A DNA stretch of 64,000 bases from the human T2T-CHM13v2.0 reference genome, Homo sapiens, in the NCBI RefSeq assembly GCF_009914755.1, contig NC_060928.1; one strand, written 5' to 3'. This document shows, piece after piece, positions 32,037 through 47,739 of this stretch (position 1 is its first letter; every line of letters begins with the position of its first letter). The position numbers and the translations under genes are program-made. A model generated the notes under the pieces. The model was given only the letters and a program-made list of their open reading frames with translations, searched no databases and was not told where the DNA came from.

Positions 32037-32603
32037 ATTAGTGGGTAGAATGGTGGCACCTAAGAAGATATGCTCATGTACTACTCCCTGAAACCTGTGA
32101 GTATTATCTTATTTGGAAAAATGGTTATCGCAAATGTAATTAATTTGAAGATCTTAAAATGCAGAGGTCATTCTAGATTATCTGCCCTAAATTTTGGGCC
32201 CTAAATTCAATCACAAGTCTTCTTACAAAAGACACACTGGGGAATTTGATGGACAGATTAAAAGACACAGACAGAATATGTAGATGAGATATGAAGACAG
32301 AGGCAGAGATTACAATGATGCAGTGGTAAGTCAGATAGATACCAAGGAGAAGGCAATGTGCAGACGAAGGCAGGAATTAGAGTGATGTGGCCACAAGCCA
32401 AAGAACTCAAGAAATGCCAACAACCACCAGAGCTGGAAGAGGCAAGGAAGGATTCTCTAATAGAACTTCCAGAGGTAGTGCATCCCTGCCAACACCTTGA
32501 TTTCAGATTTCTGGTCTCCTGAACTGTGGAAGAATTAACTTTTGTAGTTTTAAGCTGCCTAGTTTGTGGAGATTGGCTACAGCAATCCCAGGAAGCTCAT
32601 ACA
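32037..32603 (+). mobile_element. MLT1C/D-like solo LTR
   Basis: agaatggtggcacctaagaagatatg...ccacaagccaaagaa...ctggaagaggcaaggaaggattctc...ccaacaccttgatttcag...gctcataca. Confidence 0.8.
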
Positions 32604-34723
32604 ATCAGGAATTGTCTATCTTTTTTCCTCTTTTTACTTAGAGTGCTTAGCATTATCTGACCACAAATTAAGTACTTGATAAATATTTCTTGAAATAATT
32701 AAGTGTCAAAAAGTTGTCTCTTACATATTGAATTTATTTGAGTTGAGCTATATGTATACAAAAAAATAAGAGTATACACAATCAAAATATGTATAAATAT
32801 CATATAGGTACTGCCAAACAAATATGAATATAAGCAAGTAAACAGTTGTCATACTCATGAATTAATGTTCCATTTGCATATTTTTGTTCTGTCAACCTTA
32901 TCCTGACTAAATATGCTATTATGTCAAGACTTGACTGATCTTGATACTGAACATTGTAAGATTTCATCAGACATATTGACCTCTGACTATGCTATAGAAG
33001 ATATGGATTATTTAAATAACTTTATTAAAAAGAAGACTGTCACAGCCAAATAAGCCAATGATAACATAAATAACAAAATATAACCATTGAATTTGCTCTT
33101 TCTTCAATTATGCAATTTCTGTTGTATAACATTTACTATAAAATGTGTAGGCACAATGTGTGTTTACATTTAAATAACTACCACGGCAATTTAGGAAAAG
33201 CTTATTTTTAAAACTTTACTAATCTTTAAAAAAAGCATGTGGTTGACTGAGTTCATTAATACACAATACAAGTGACCACGAAGCAGCACACTTCATTAAA
33301 AGAAGTAATTTTGGGAATATAGACTGATATATTTCAAGGGGCTTATTTTAATTTGAATGCTTCAGACCTTAAGACTTCTATTAGTTTGATTCTCCAGCAC
33401 AGGTCCTCCTTTGAACAACCCCCACTCTTTTTAAGGAAATCTACCTTGAGTTAGGTTCATTTTAATTAGCAGTCACGTAGCAGAAACGTAGAAGCAAGGA
33501 GAGAAAGGGAGAAAAATCAAAGGTAAAACATGCGAAAGAGATTAGGAAAATTTATAGGAGCTGGAATAGATATGACAAGCTTTATTTGGTAGAGGCATAT
33601 TAAATGCAGTGTCTTGGGGAAAAATGTCTTACTGTTATGATAATTAAATAACATTGTGTTTGGTGAAATGATTCTACAACTTTTCTCATAATGCTAAATT
33701 ACATCAAGCACATTAATTATATCTCCTCTTGTTTGTACTAGCACTACGGTCAACTTTTCATTTTTAAACTTTTCATTCTGACATTTCTATCTACTTTTTA
33801 CCTAGCTTTGACCTTCTTTCATTTCACTTGCTTTTGTGTTCATTTCAATAGTGTATGAAAATGGTTTTCAATAAAAGAAGGTTTATTGGCTAGATTTAAA
33901 TAGAAAAAGATGTTCAGAAGTATTAGAGGGAGTTGTTTAAATTGGTTCTTTTTCCTTAATGTTACCAGCTCAAAGGCATTCATTAATAAAAATATCATTT
34001 ACAGATACAATTAAACAAAAATTATACATGTCATTGCACATTGTTTTGTATCATAATATTTGTATGCTAAAACATAACTTTCTAATGGTGTTACCTAACA
34101 AAAATATGTCCTTGGGTATCATTTTAATATTATAAGAAAATATGTGGATACACTTTTAAGTAACTACCCTGTTTTGGACACAAAAGTATTTTTTTATTTT
34201 TAATACTTTATATGATTGTATGTGGTTCCTGTAAGTATATCCAGTTACATATTTCTACTTATTTGAGACACAATCTGTCCTTGTCTTATGGTAATATCTT
34301 TGATCTGGATAATTGATAAATTTATTATATTTTATGTAGTTATACACAATGCCAATTCCCTATGATATTTTCCATGGAAATTGGTTTTCATTTTCATTTT
34401 ACTGATGAAATGTAAAGATTCTAATGAAATTTTTTAAAATAATGTGTTTTTAAAATATTATCATTCAGGTAAAACAGTCAAATATTTGCCACCAATATTT
34501 GCTATTATTATAAATATAAAATAGTAATCTGATCTATATATGTTTTCAGTCTTTTAATTTTTTTTGTATCTCAAACTTTAAATTGGGCAGGATATTCCTA
34601 TTTACAATTATTTATCTCATGAATTAATTTATTTAATATGTTCTTGTTTTCATATCTACCTTTTATTGTCTTGTTTATGGCAAGTTTTGGATAGTATTTT
34701 TCTTCCAGCACTAGTGACATTGA

Positions 34724-34770
34724 ATAGATAGGGAGGTAGATAGATAGGTAGAGAGATAGATAGATAGATA
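34724..34770. repeat. (GATA)n-type STR
   Basis: tagatagataggtagagagatagatagatagata. Confidence 0.8.
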
Positions 34771-37700
34771 ATATTTCTATATCTACTTATATAATTTGTT
34801 CCATTGTCAAGAACAATAGGCATGTGAATACATTGCAAAAAAAAGTATAGAATAAAAAATAAGAATATAAAATAAAATAAACTTATCATTTCTCATTTTA
34901 TCAAACATCATATTATTCCCTGGTTTATTGGTTTTATTTGAGTAAGTACAAAGTATTGAGCCATGACTAACAAAAACATCACTTAAGATTCATTAATAAG
35001 ATTGATTTTTATTAATTATGAGCCCAAGCAAAAGAGTCATAAAGTTAAAGGATAAAAGGTAAGTAGGTCTACACTAGCTGGTGGTAAGCATTACACGCTG
35101 CCAACTGTGTATTTCTAGACAAACATAAACATTCAATAAGCTTCCAAGTCCTTCCATCATTAGAGCAAAATGTTTAAATTACCCTCATTTGATTATACAT
35201 CCTGGAAGTCAGAGATTTGTGAACAATTTTTCCATTTTTAAGCAGCCTTAAATGCTAATTTTAATCAATATAAAATATCATGGAATGGTCAAAACCTGAT
35301 TTTGATGATTCTACCCTAAGGCCTGTTTCACGTGTGGCTTGATTAGTGCTGTACTAAGCAATATTAAAAGTATGTAAATGGACAAAATTATATATGATAT
35401 CTAGGGTATAGTATTAAAAGCAGCTTTCTTTTTTATGAATGTGAAGTAAAGTATAAATTGCTTATCATAATGGACAAGGGATGCTCAATGAATTGCTATT
35501 GACTGGTGTTTAATATTTTTTATGAATTTATATTTTATTATAAATATTATTGCTGACAACAAATGGTATCTGTGAATGCATTCTTGGTTTTTAAATATCT
35601 TATTCCAATTTTAATTTGTTAAGCACACTTTATGTTTAGCCAGAAGTTTTTGAAGATGCTAATATTAAGAATAAAATAGAATCAGAGGAAAAATGATCTT
35701 ATTCTCTCATTAACAACCAAAATACCTGGCTAAAATCTTAATTATTATGACTTTTCAGTCATTTTCTTTTCTAGTAGTAGATTCTGCATTTTTTTGAGTT
35801 TTTATGGTCCAGAGTCATAGTCACATTTTGAATGTTATGTAAAATTTGTTTGTAAACTATGGTAAAAAGAAATTTTATTTCCACTCTTCTGCTCTTCTGG
35901 TTTCTTAGCGTATTGTCTAAATCATAATATAATGTCCGATTTCTGTATTGTTAAATTAGCCTTGGTGTATGGGTTTATATTAGCATAGACTTTGAGCTAT
36001 GGAATAAACTTTTGGTCCAGCCTGTTAAAAGAAATATATTCAAATAGGGGAATTATTTTAGAACGTGCTTATATATATATTTTATTTTTCCTATCAAATA
36101 GCTACATTTCTCCAACCCATAATTATCTTCATCTTTTTTAAACACACTGCTCTAGCAAAATCATTTCAACCACTGTTTGAAAATACGGAGCAAAATATGC
36201 AATGTGATCTCCTTTTTATAACAGTTTGCATAGATGTTTTCATGTTTTTGCCACAAAATGAGAGACTTCTTTCTTTGAAAAATAAAAAAAAAGATTTCAC
36301 TTACTTATTAAAAAAACATTTTTTAAAGCCAAGTCCTCATATTTCCTGGCTTTGGGATAACATTTGGAAACCTGTTTGTAAGCAGATGCTATAGTGTAAA
36401 ACATTAATGCTTATATTTCAGGAAATTATGTGATTCTAAGTATAAGTATTTTCAATTAAATACAGTACATTTGCTCTCACGGAATTGATTGCCACTTCAA
36501 AATGGATAAAATAATCTTGCCTAAGTTTCTCATAAGTCAGATGAGGAAACTAAGTGAATGTATTGGCCAAAACCACACAATGAGATAACATTCATGCCTC
36601 AGTTTAGCTCAAGTCTTAAGGTTCCTGAGACTCATGGAGTTTTCCTTATTACAACATTGCTTTGCGATGGTGTCACTAGTACATCTCTTTTTGGAAATAT
36701 CACACTGGAACTTGAGATTGATTGGCCTGATAAATTTAGGATACTGACCCTGGTAAACACTTCAAATGCCTTTCTTTGTAGGAAAATAAACATAATGGCA
36801 TGATGTAGGGTTTTCTTTACATTTCATTTACTGAGAGGATACAATATGTAGTGGTTAATAGATTTTACATTTAACACACATTTACAATATGCGATGGCTA
36901 ATAGATTTTAGGAAGAGGGAGGAAACACTAGTGCTTGAAAAGTGTGGATATACCCTCTAAAGATGTGTCCCTAGAAAATCATGAGAAGTGATCTTTTCTA
37001 TCAATGGCACAGGCAAGAGGGGTAAAGGACGAGAGGCATAAGTCAGACATGCTTAGATAAAAGACTCGACTAGTGGCTACAGAGAAAACTGATGAACCAG
37101 GGGGAGGAGTACTTTGTTGTTGTCTTGTTTCAGTTTTCCCCTAGACTGTGGAAATGGAGTTATTGTAATTGAAGAACCTTGTAGAGATAACATTTAGCCA
37201 CAAGCCACAATATTTCATAGTAGTTAGCAAAAAGAGTGAGAGGCATCAGAACTAAAAACAACACCTAGTTTTACCACTTATTGACAGACAAAGAACATTC
37301 TCCATGTTCTTCTTGCCATCTCTCTCTGATTGAATTTTGAAAGAAAGATTGACAAACATATCACTTAGAAATGAGGAGTAAATTCAAAAGGATTTATGAG
37401 GTCATAAGCACATTTTGTTTAATTTTCTATGGCTTTCTATTTTTATTTCTGCAAGAAAAGAATATTAATATTCTACTTTGAAAAATATACAAAGTTCTAC
37501 AGAAAAATGGAAAATTTGTTTCTAAGGTCAAGTAGGATTTTTGGCTTTGTGTGTCTGTGTATGTATATGTGTCTCCGTGTATCTGTGTGTGTCTGTATGT
37601 CTATGCAAATGTATGTGTGTGGGTTTTGTTTCACTGTTTATTGTTTAACATTGTTAGGTGCTAGATTATTTTACATTTTTATTTACAACTATAGTTTATT

Positions 37701-38984
37701 TATAACTATAGCAATAGTTTATTTATAACTATAGTTTTATAACCTAAATGTTACTCAAGCTCTAAAATATATTACTTAGGCAGAAAGGCTATTATTATGT
37801 ATAATGTAACATTTAATATTTATAGTGGTCGAGATCATTATATTGCTTTTTTATTATTTATGGATATAGCATTAATTTTTAAAGCAATTGACAGTCTCTA
37901 ATTATTCAAATCTAGAGAAAAGTGAAAATAGTCATGTATAATTCATTAATAAATAAGAGCTTAAATTAGCTTTCTATATTGTTACAAGTATATGTCTACA
38001 AGTGACTGAATGTTAATTACTTACTAATGGCTAAGTACATTTTATGACATATCTTATGTTAAAGACAACCTGTCAGATTTCTTTTACTATTAGTGTTCTC
38101 ATTTTTAAATAATAATAGTTAACAGTAGTGATAATGGTTTACTGTAAACAAAAATAAAAAAATATTTTTTAAATGTTATTGTAAGATAGGGTGCAATCAA
38201 TTGATAGTTGAACGAGGTAGAAAAATATTGTCTGTAACATCTATACAATCATTAGATTTTATGTAGTATTTGGAGCTGAAGGGAAAATGATACTATCACT
38301 TAGCCATACAGCATCATAAAATAGTGCTAGTAATATTAAAAGTAATAAAATTTACTTCCTCAATGCTTTCTCCTAGCATCCTTTAGTAGTGTGGACACTG
38401 AAACAGTTAATTTGATATCAGACCCTCAAGAAAATGGGGTTGGGCTAGATGAAACTATCTATTTTTAAATTATATAAAAATAGTTGGCACATCTGATTCT
38501 GTATCCCATCTTTTTGGCAACTACTTCACACTGCTTCCAACTCTGCACTGCTCTCAGTCACATCCCTTTTTCATCAATGTAGAGGTGAGCTGATGAACTT
38601 TGGGGGCAACAATGACCGTTAAACAGTTGCTCAAGGCCAAGTCAGTATATTTTTATTTTAATAATTATTTATTAAGAAATACTTTAGACAATAAAAAGAT
38701 ATGAAAGAATAGAATGATAATATTTCTACTATCATCTTTGCAAATACAACAGAAAAAATATAACTGAAGACACCCCAGTCCTTGTCATGTACCACACACT
38801 ATTTGAATGCTCCTCCTTTCTAGTTCTCCAACGTCATCGTAAATATGATATGATTGTATTATTAATTCCCTGAAATGTTTTCAGATTTTTAATATTTTGT
38901 TTCGTATCCCACAGAAGAGTTTTCATTGTTTCATGTTAACACATTCAACTTTTTCAGTCTTCTTTCGTGATTGTCACTGACTAC

Positions 38985-40020
38985 CTTGGAGAGGGGAAGT
39001 TGGCATTTTCACATGAGAGTTGGGTGATGGCTATGATGGAAGATGGTTTAAATACAAGCAAATAGATCAAATAAGTAAATGTTGAAGGAAAAGGAAGCTA
39101 AGTTTCTCTTCATTATAGAAGAGAGTTAATATGTCAAGGGAAAAACCTAGAATGAACCCTAAGGTATTAGAATGGAATTGGAGAAATCAATGTGCATTCA
39201 TGTTTTGTAATACAAATATAAACACAAAATGAATATATATGTAAATGTGTGCATATAAATACTTAATAATTACAAAGGGGAAAAGAGCAATTTTACAAGG
39301 AGGAATATTGGCAGACACCACAATGCGTAAATGACAAAATGATCACTAGTAATAGGGCAAATTGAAATTGTGAGCCAGCTGATTGGATGCAATGAAAATG
39401 TGTTATAAGTTCTGTGGTATTCCCTCCAAAGATATACAACCTGAATCAAATAGTGAAACAGCAGACATGCCCAAATTTATGCATGAAATAACTGGCCTGT
39501 AATCTTCAGAAGGGTTGGCATCAGGAAAATCAGGAAAAATCTAGGACGTAATCCATACTGAAAGAAGCTAAAGAAATATTACAACTAAATGCAAGGCATG
39601 AGAGTGAACTAGATCACATTTGTATAAAGGATATTTTGGGGGGCGATTGGTGAAACGTGGTGGGATCTGAGGCTTAGGTGACAGTAATGAATTGGTGTTA
39701 ATATCCTGACCTGGATTGCTGTATTGTGGTTATGAAGGAGAAGGTCACTATTCAAAGCAATGGGACATCTTGTTAGCAACTTCATACTAAATGGTTCAGA
39801 AAAAAATATATATAAATACATATTATATATTAATATTATAGATATTAATTATTATATATTAATAGTAATTGATATATAATGTATATATCTATATAATATA
39901 TTAATAATAAATTAATAATTAATATATAAATATATTATGTATATTTATATGTTATATATATTTATATATATAATATATAAAACCACTTTTCTGAAGTTTA
40001 AGTTTAAGATTGTTTTAAAA
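38985..40020 (+). mobile_element. Ancient L1MC-like 3' fragment ending in an AT-rich low-complexity tract (39800-39980)
   Basis: acttaataattacaaaggggaaaag...ggcagacacca; caactaaatgcaa; aaggatattttggggg..attggtgaaac; tctcaaatggttcagaaaaaa-like motif. Confidence 0.65.
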
Positions 40021-40366
40021 TAATGTAAGGGGGAAAACGCCCATGAGGATAGCCCTAATTATGCAGCACATTTCCCATCTAGAAATATTTACCCAACTCT
40101 CCTACAAAATCATCCCTGAGACATTACTCTCAAAACTCCAGCAAACCCTCTTTTATCTTTGATAGGTTGGCATGTTACATTACTAGGTTATGAAATGAGA
40201 GTCATATATTCTTGGCTAGTAGGAAGCTCCAAGATAAATGCTGTGTTTATTTGGTATAACTTTCTTAATTAACATTTGTGCATGTAGTTTCTCCCTTCAC
40301 TCTTTTGTTTGTTTCTTTATTTGCTTTATTGTGGGTTTAAAAGTTTAAAATTCATTGTTTCTGTCT

Positions 40367-40679
<313 letters not shown>

Positions 40680-43600
40680 TCTGTCTTTGCTTTTTACTTT
40701 TATGGTAGCTACAAAGACAATAAATATTTTATTGTTCTCCCTTTTTCTCTCTCTTCTCCCTTCACTCTCTCTCCATCCAGTGCCAAGAGCCTCATAGATA
40801 TTTAGCACTGAGTTAAATATATTCACTGTACTTCTTTGCAGCAAAATCACACAACATATACACTTGTGAATTTCATTTCAAAATATGAGTTTCTAACATT
40901 AGTCCGAGGTGCTTTTTCATATCTCCGTTGAGACTGGATATATACATGAGTTGGGCTAAGCAACAAAGTGCTGGTCCAGGTTTGAAGCTTGGCAATATAA
41001 AAGACAAACATAAAATGCATAGAGAATGGACACATATCTTTGATTCCCAGATCTTTATAGGGAGCTACAGAGTTTGGTGTTCAACAGTAAGGAATATGCT
41101 AGGTCAGGCGAGTAAAGGAAACACAAGGACGGTTGCCTTTTAAGCTGCTGTGCAGGGCTGGAGCTGCATAAGCACTCTAGGGACTGCTCTCTGCCGTCTA
41201 AAACCTTCCTGTGTCTCAAGCACCAGTTTCCCGGTTTTATACTGAGTATTCTGATGTAGAGCATTCCAAGGCATGATGTACCATGGAAATGATGAAGCTT
41301 AAACATAAATAAAAGTCCAGAGATTTTTTTTTTTATGTAGTAGTTCAGATAACATAGGTTATAGAAAGGCTTGCAGATATAGGGATGTGAGGAGGCACAG
41401 GTAAAAAAGGCACAGGCTGACATTCATGCCATTATTATCACAGGAAGTAAGTAAAGAGAGGAGCATCTTCCAATACTGCATGCTATTAGTGCTGTTAAAA
41501 TCTGCTTTCTCAGAATTCATACTTCAGTGAATTTTTTAATTTGTTCATAAATTTGCATATGATGCTACAATTTCTGATTTAAAAAAAATCTGCCTGACTG
41601 GTTGATCAGGAATTTATCTGGAAGGCAAAATTTTATAGGACACTTTTTGGGATATCTGTTGATTTAAGGGAAAATAAAGTCTTTGGTGACCTAAGTTATA
41701 AAGTTACACTTCATAAATTTATGTCTCTTTTCTACTGTCTGTTGCTTAGTTTCTACATGTGTGTTGGGTTTGATCTTGGTAACTCTACTTATGGCCCCCA
41801 TTCCCAACACACACACATACATACCTGTACACACACATACTTGCACATACGTTCACACATGCATAGGTATGATTTAAGTCTACAGATTGCTAGACACAGA
41901 AGGGACAGCAATCAAGGGAATAACAGGATTGCAGCAAAAAAAAAAAAGATGTAATAAAAATGAACATGAAAATTTTGAGTTACCAAGGTTAAAACTAAGT
42001 GGATGAAAATTCACAAGCAGAAAGGTGAAACCCAAGATTCCTTTTCTTAATCTTTCTGGACCAAATGAAACTGCTCGTATCATGTCCTATAGGCTCTTTA
42101 TCATGCCTTTCATTTTAGCAATAATTTATTCATGAGTCTAAGAGACTTTTTTGCATCATTTAAATGTATCATATCTTGACAGTTTTTTCCTCTCTTCAGG
42201 CTCATCCTACTCCATTGTAATTTATTTAAGTATTTTAGTGTTTTAGAGGATTGTGGATAATGATGCATTTAAACTGCTTTAGAATGACCTTAGGCTAGGT
42301 AAATTACTGAAGTAGTGCCGGCCGGGGATATTTACTTTCATGGCAGTAAGCTTTTACTCTCTTGTTTAACCACATGGCACACAAAGTCACCGGCTCGCTG
42401 GCTTAAAATATATTCTGAAAGAGTTACAAACAAATTTTATTAACAGGGAAATAACTGTTATAATCTTGGCCCTACTATAGCCAATATTTAATTTTACTTT
42501 TCATGAAGATTGAGTGACTTTATCTTGACTGTTAACAGTACAGGTTTGAAAAGCAGTGTGTCTTAGAATAGTGCTGGCCTTAGGCCTGGGCCCATAGTTG
42601 AGGTCTCAGCATCTCACAGTCATACATGCGGAAATAAACATATTAAAGAAACCGTGGGCACTTGTGTTACTCGGAATCCCACATTTGGAGCTGGCATGCT
42701 GTGACCCTTAGCACTAAACATCAGCTCTGTGCCTCTCTCCACACAGGCCTTAAGAAAAGCTTCCTCACCCGTGATGGCCCCCATCATTCTTACAAAAGCC
42801 AATGATCTGAATGGGCACATTTTGTGATTTGTGCTGCTAACTTTTGCAATAGATACTGCTTAGGAGTGTGGGTAGCCTTTGGAGTAGAACAGTACTCCAG
42901 GGAGAGAAAAGACAAATTAATTAACTCATCATATTATTTTCTCTCATAGTGCACAAATGCAATAGAGTTTCGTGTAACAATATATAACTTTCCAGGGCTC
43001 CAAGCCAAGCATCCTTCTCTTGTTTCTTATCATGTTGCAACATATGTCCTAAAATCTAGATTTTTCTGAACCATCTTAATTCCTCTTTTTTCTTAACTTT
43101 TCCTCCTGGCCCCATTCTCCCCCATTGGAAAATTGGACATGCTTATGTAGAAAATTCTAAAAGCTTAATTACTGAGAAGTAGCTATTGTTATCTCTCAAA
43201 AGAAGATGCATGCACCCTTTCTGCTTATGATCACATCAGCCCACATCATGTTTCAGTGGAAAATGCTTGAAATTTTGTGGATTCTGTTTCTAGAACCTCC
43301 GGTACTTGTACCAAGGGTGGCTGTGAACAAAACCTTTTAGAAGATTCTTTCCCTACTGGATCTGGATCTTTGAAAGCAGTTTCTTTTCAGGCTGACTTTC
43401 CTACTGTGTTATCTTTCCACTTCAAATACTTATTTCAATAGGCTGAACATGTAATAAAGGTTAAAAATAATGTAGCATATGATTATCAGGATGAAGAATT
43501 GAAAGGAGATATTAATTAATGGTGGATAAAGTGAAAAAAGAAAACATAAATGAAATTACCAAAGTAAACATTCAGTGCAATTTGATCACTGCAAATATTA

Positions 43601-44686
43601 TATTGAACAACTAATATTTAATCTATGTATTGGTGAAATACCAGTAATAGAAAACAATATGTTAGAGTTAATAAACACTTTCATTGTTTTACAAAAACAA
43701 ATATAGCTTAAGTGAATATTTTAGTTTAAGTGAATTACTTGAAAAACATAAACAACAAAAATAACCTTCTCAATTTTATGTATTAGTTTAAAACATACTA
43801 CCATTTTATTTTTCTTCATAAAATCCCAACATTGAATAATTTGATAGAAGAAGAACTTAAGAAATACTAATGAAACTAGCTATTCCTTTAGGAGGAAATA
43901 GAAATCATGATATAAGCAGTAGTAATTTTGTAAAAATAGTAGTATTTGATGAAAAACTAATTATTTAAATCAAAATGGTTAAAAAGTATGTAAAATGGTT
44001 AATTCCAGAAAAAAACCTTCTATGCAAATTTTATTACTAATACCAGGTGCTACATCACAGCAGAGTTTTTTTAATTGAAAAAATAAAACTAAGTATAGCA
44101 ATGTCCTCCCAAAACTGAGATTTGGCATTACTGTCAATATAAATAAAATTATTTTAAAATCTGGATTATTACAAGATTATAAGTGATTCTTCTAAAATAA
44201 GGCATGAAAATAATTTCATGAAAGTATGTATATTTCATGAATTATGTTTCTTTTTTATTATTTATGCAAACATCACTGGCCTATCAGCAGAATACCTAGA
44301 TATGTGCAATAGTAATTGAATTTTGTCTTTGGAAAGACAAATAATCTTTTCACATACCTTTCGGTTTTGTCATTATGAAGTTCCACATGTCAAGAGAACA
44401 GAATAGAATATATCTTACTTACATTTGTTATTTATATAGTATACATTCTAAATATTTACAATTATAGTGTGTTGATCTTTATTTACACTTTTGAATGAAG
44501 CCCCACAAATATTAAGGGTTGGCCTGTCCTTAAAATTTTTAGTTGTTACATTTCTTATCCTTGCTTACTTTTTATTTTCTGAAATGCAATCCCCAAAGAT
44601 GCAATTATACACTTTTAATATTTCTCTGGCCCTCAAAGTAGACACAAAAAATAAAGTTTTGGAAATAATCCTGTCTCCATGCTTGG

Positions 44687-45106
44687 TGTTTTTGCCTGTT
44701 CTTGTGTCACTATGAAGAAATACCTGAGGCTGGGTAATTTATAAAGAAAAGAGGTTTAATTGGCTCATGGTTCTGCAGGCTGTACAGGGAGCATGGTGCT
44801 GTCATCCACTTCTGGTGAGGCCTCAGGAAGCTTACAGTCATGGTGGAAGAGAATAGAGAATCGACATGTCATATGGTGAGAAAGGAGGCAAGAGAGAGAG
44901 AAGGAGGAGGTCCTAGACTCTTAAACAACCAGATCCCCAGTGAACTAACTGAGTGAGAACTCACTTAGCACCAAGGGAATGGTACTAAGCCATTTATAAG
45001 GAATCCACCCCCATGATTCAATCACCTCCCACCAGGCCCCACCTCCAACACTGGAAATCACATCTCAACATGAGATTTGGAGGGCACAAACATCCAAACG
45101 GTATCA
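44687..45106 (-). mobile_element. MSTA/MSTB solo LTR (MaLR)
   Basis: gaaatacctgaggctgggtaatttataaagaaaagaggtttaattggctcatgg...; TG..CA ends; perfect 5-bp TSD cttgg at 44682-44686 and 45107-45111. Confidence 0.92.
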
Positions 45107-47739
45107 CTTGGTGGTACCACTTATTTTCACTTTCAATTTATTTTCCACTCAAATTCATGCCACAAACATCTTAAAAGGCCTTAGTTGTTGCCTGTTCAAC
45201 CATCCATTCAATATATCTGCAATTATATTTCCAATTTTACAAGACTGTCATCATTGATTGGTAACAACATCCTAGTTAGATCGTGCACTTTGTAGACCAT
45301 TTTTCTTTCTTCTATGAAATTAGTTTTATTAAAACAGAGGAGGGCTGGTGAGGTGACTGCTAGAATGATGGAATAATAAAGAAATCTTCTATTAGTTTAG
45401 TTTTAATGGTTTTTTATGCTAAATTTCTTGGTAGCTCATATAGAGGCATCGTAGCAGGACACACTTTATGATACTACAATGAATATTCTGTTTAAAAGAT
45501 CATTTATGTCCCTAAAGTAAAATACACCACAAACATAAAAAAATGACTATGAAGACAATTCACATAAAAATAATGCACAAACGAGAAGATCTACAGAGCA
45601 AGGAGGGACATACCTTCTTGCAATACTCTGTTATTGATATGGTGACAATGCCAAGATTGTTCATCCATAAAAGATTACTGACATTCTTGCTGCTAACCTT
45701 AACAATGGAACAATACAGTAACTGGAGACAAATGCCAAAAAAAAAACAATTTATTCTTGTTTATTTAGATTCTACCTATTTTTCTACTTCTTTTATATTT
45801 CACCAAACTCTTAGAATTTTGTGCTTTTAACCGCAAATGGGCAAACTTTGCATTTACTTTGGTATTAAGCCAGGCAGTGAGGATAGGCTCTCCCCATATT
45901 GTGTGTGCATGCATATGTATGTGTAATATATTTGGTGCTGGTAGAGAATGAAGATTTTGGATGAAGATGTTGGATGAATTTACTGCCAAAAAAAATTCCA
46001 AGCAAACAAAAATCTACATAGTTTTAGACATTCACAGAACATGCTATAAATAAAGATGTCTGGTGGTTAACAGAATTTTTCTTTATTATTTGACAATCAA
46101 TAGTGTAATTAGTGCTGATTTTCTATTAATGATTAAAGTAAGAGTAGTCAATATTGAAGCAAAAATTGTATATCTGTAAGAACTGGAGAACAAAACTCCT
46201 TTCTATAAATTTCTGCTAGAATTTGATATTGAAGATTACTAACTTCAAAATATCTGTAACAAGAAACAAGTTTTGTGTTTGTGTAAATGCTCTTCTACTA
46301 GCATGCATATTATGATTGTGTTGTGAAGTGAGACAATGCAATTGCAGGTGTTAAAAAGATAAGGTAACTTTTTGTTCATTAATATTTCTTAATGTTACCT
46401 ATTAAATTCTAAAGGTGGAATATCAATCTTTTTTCTTCTAGTTTGTTTGCTGATTTCAGTGGCTGGGGCCAGTCCTTGATTTGGAGGATGAAACTCAGGG
46501 TCATTATTATGTTTTTTAAAAAGTTTCCTTTACCTTCATCTTCATCCTATGGTTAACTTTGCTACCATTTTACCATTTATATCTAAGGTGTATTTTTTTT
46601 CTGGATAAGTGAGATGCCCATCATTGTCACTTTCGTGTTCACTGATAGAGGCACCATCATTATTTTCTTGGGAAACCCTGGTAGTTTTGATGTCTGCCAA
46701 ATTTCTGTGTAGATTGTAAAACTCTTGGTGACATTCAATCTCATCTTCCTTTTTAAATTGTGCATTTTTGTTTTAAGTTTTGTTTTCAGATGTGAGGTTT
46801 GGAAGAGCTTTAGATGAAGTAGGCTAATATTATCAGACAGTTCGTTGATGTGACAGATTACGAAGGTGGAACAGCAGATATGACCAGAGCACTTTTCACT
46901 TGTGGGTGCTGGATACGGAGCTGTGACAATGTAAAACTGGAGAAAGCACTTGATTTCTGTTTAGGAAAAATGATTCCCCAAGAACAAATATAACATTGAG
47001 AATTGCACTTGGGGTAATAGGAAGCATATAAATTAATGGCACCAGGAGGGGCGCTTTGTAAAGATAACAAGCAATTTAGTCAGAGATGGTTGCTGTGGCA
47101 GGGACTTTCTTTGGAGATGCTTGTTTCCAGCTGATTGAGATCTCTGCGGTCTATTGCTTTCTTGCTCCATTTCAAACAATCAGCATGAAATAGTGTAGCC
47201 AGCCTATCTGCAGGTTTGCTAGTCTCCAACCTGTAGACATTAATCTTCTGTTCTCCATTCTATGAATAATACTTAATGACCTTCAATATCCAAATGTTGA
47301 AATTACTTACTGACACACTTATTCAGTCACTAACTGGTTTGTGTACTAATGAATTCATTTGCCAAGCAATAGTTAGTAAATGAAATGGTGGTATTTTAAT
47401 AACCTTGCAATTCTGTTCAAAGCTGATACTTCTTAACTGTTTTGATTTTTCCATTCAAAATTATCCCGTTTGATTGGATAATTGCATCTGGAGGACAAAA
47501 TTCTTGCTGGTCTCTTTGTTCTGAGCGAAAATCTGACAGAGACAAACTAATAACTTCTAGATCAAAGTTGACCGTAGGAATATGAGTTCTGGACCGAAAG
47601 AAAAACTTGAAATGATGTGGAGACTATTTATCTATTGGTTTATATTAGGTAATATTGTCATGTCAGTGTTAATATCAATGTAAAATTCCAGATATATGCT
47701 TCCTTTTCTATATTACTGTGGGAATATAGGAAGTGGCTG

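Noticed and set aside
47037-47058. CTCF-like motif tggcaccaggaggggcgct
   Set aside because: Register and spacing mismatch to the CCASYAGRKGGCRS core; too weak to call.
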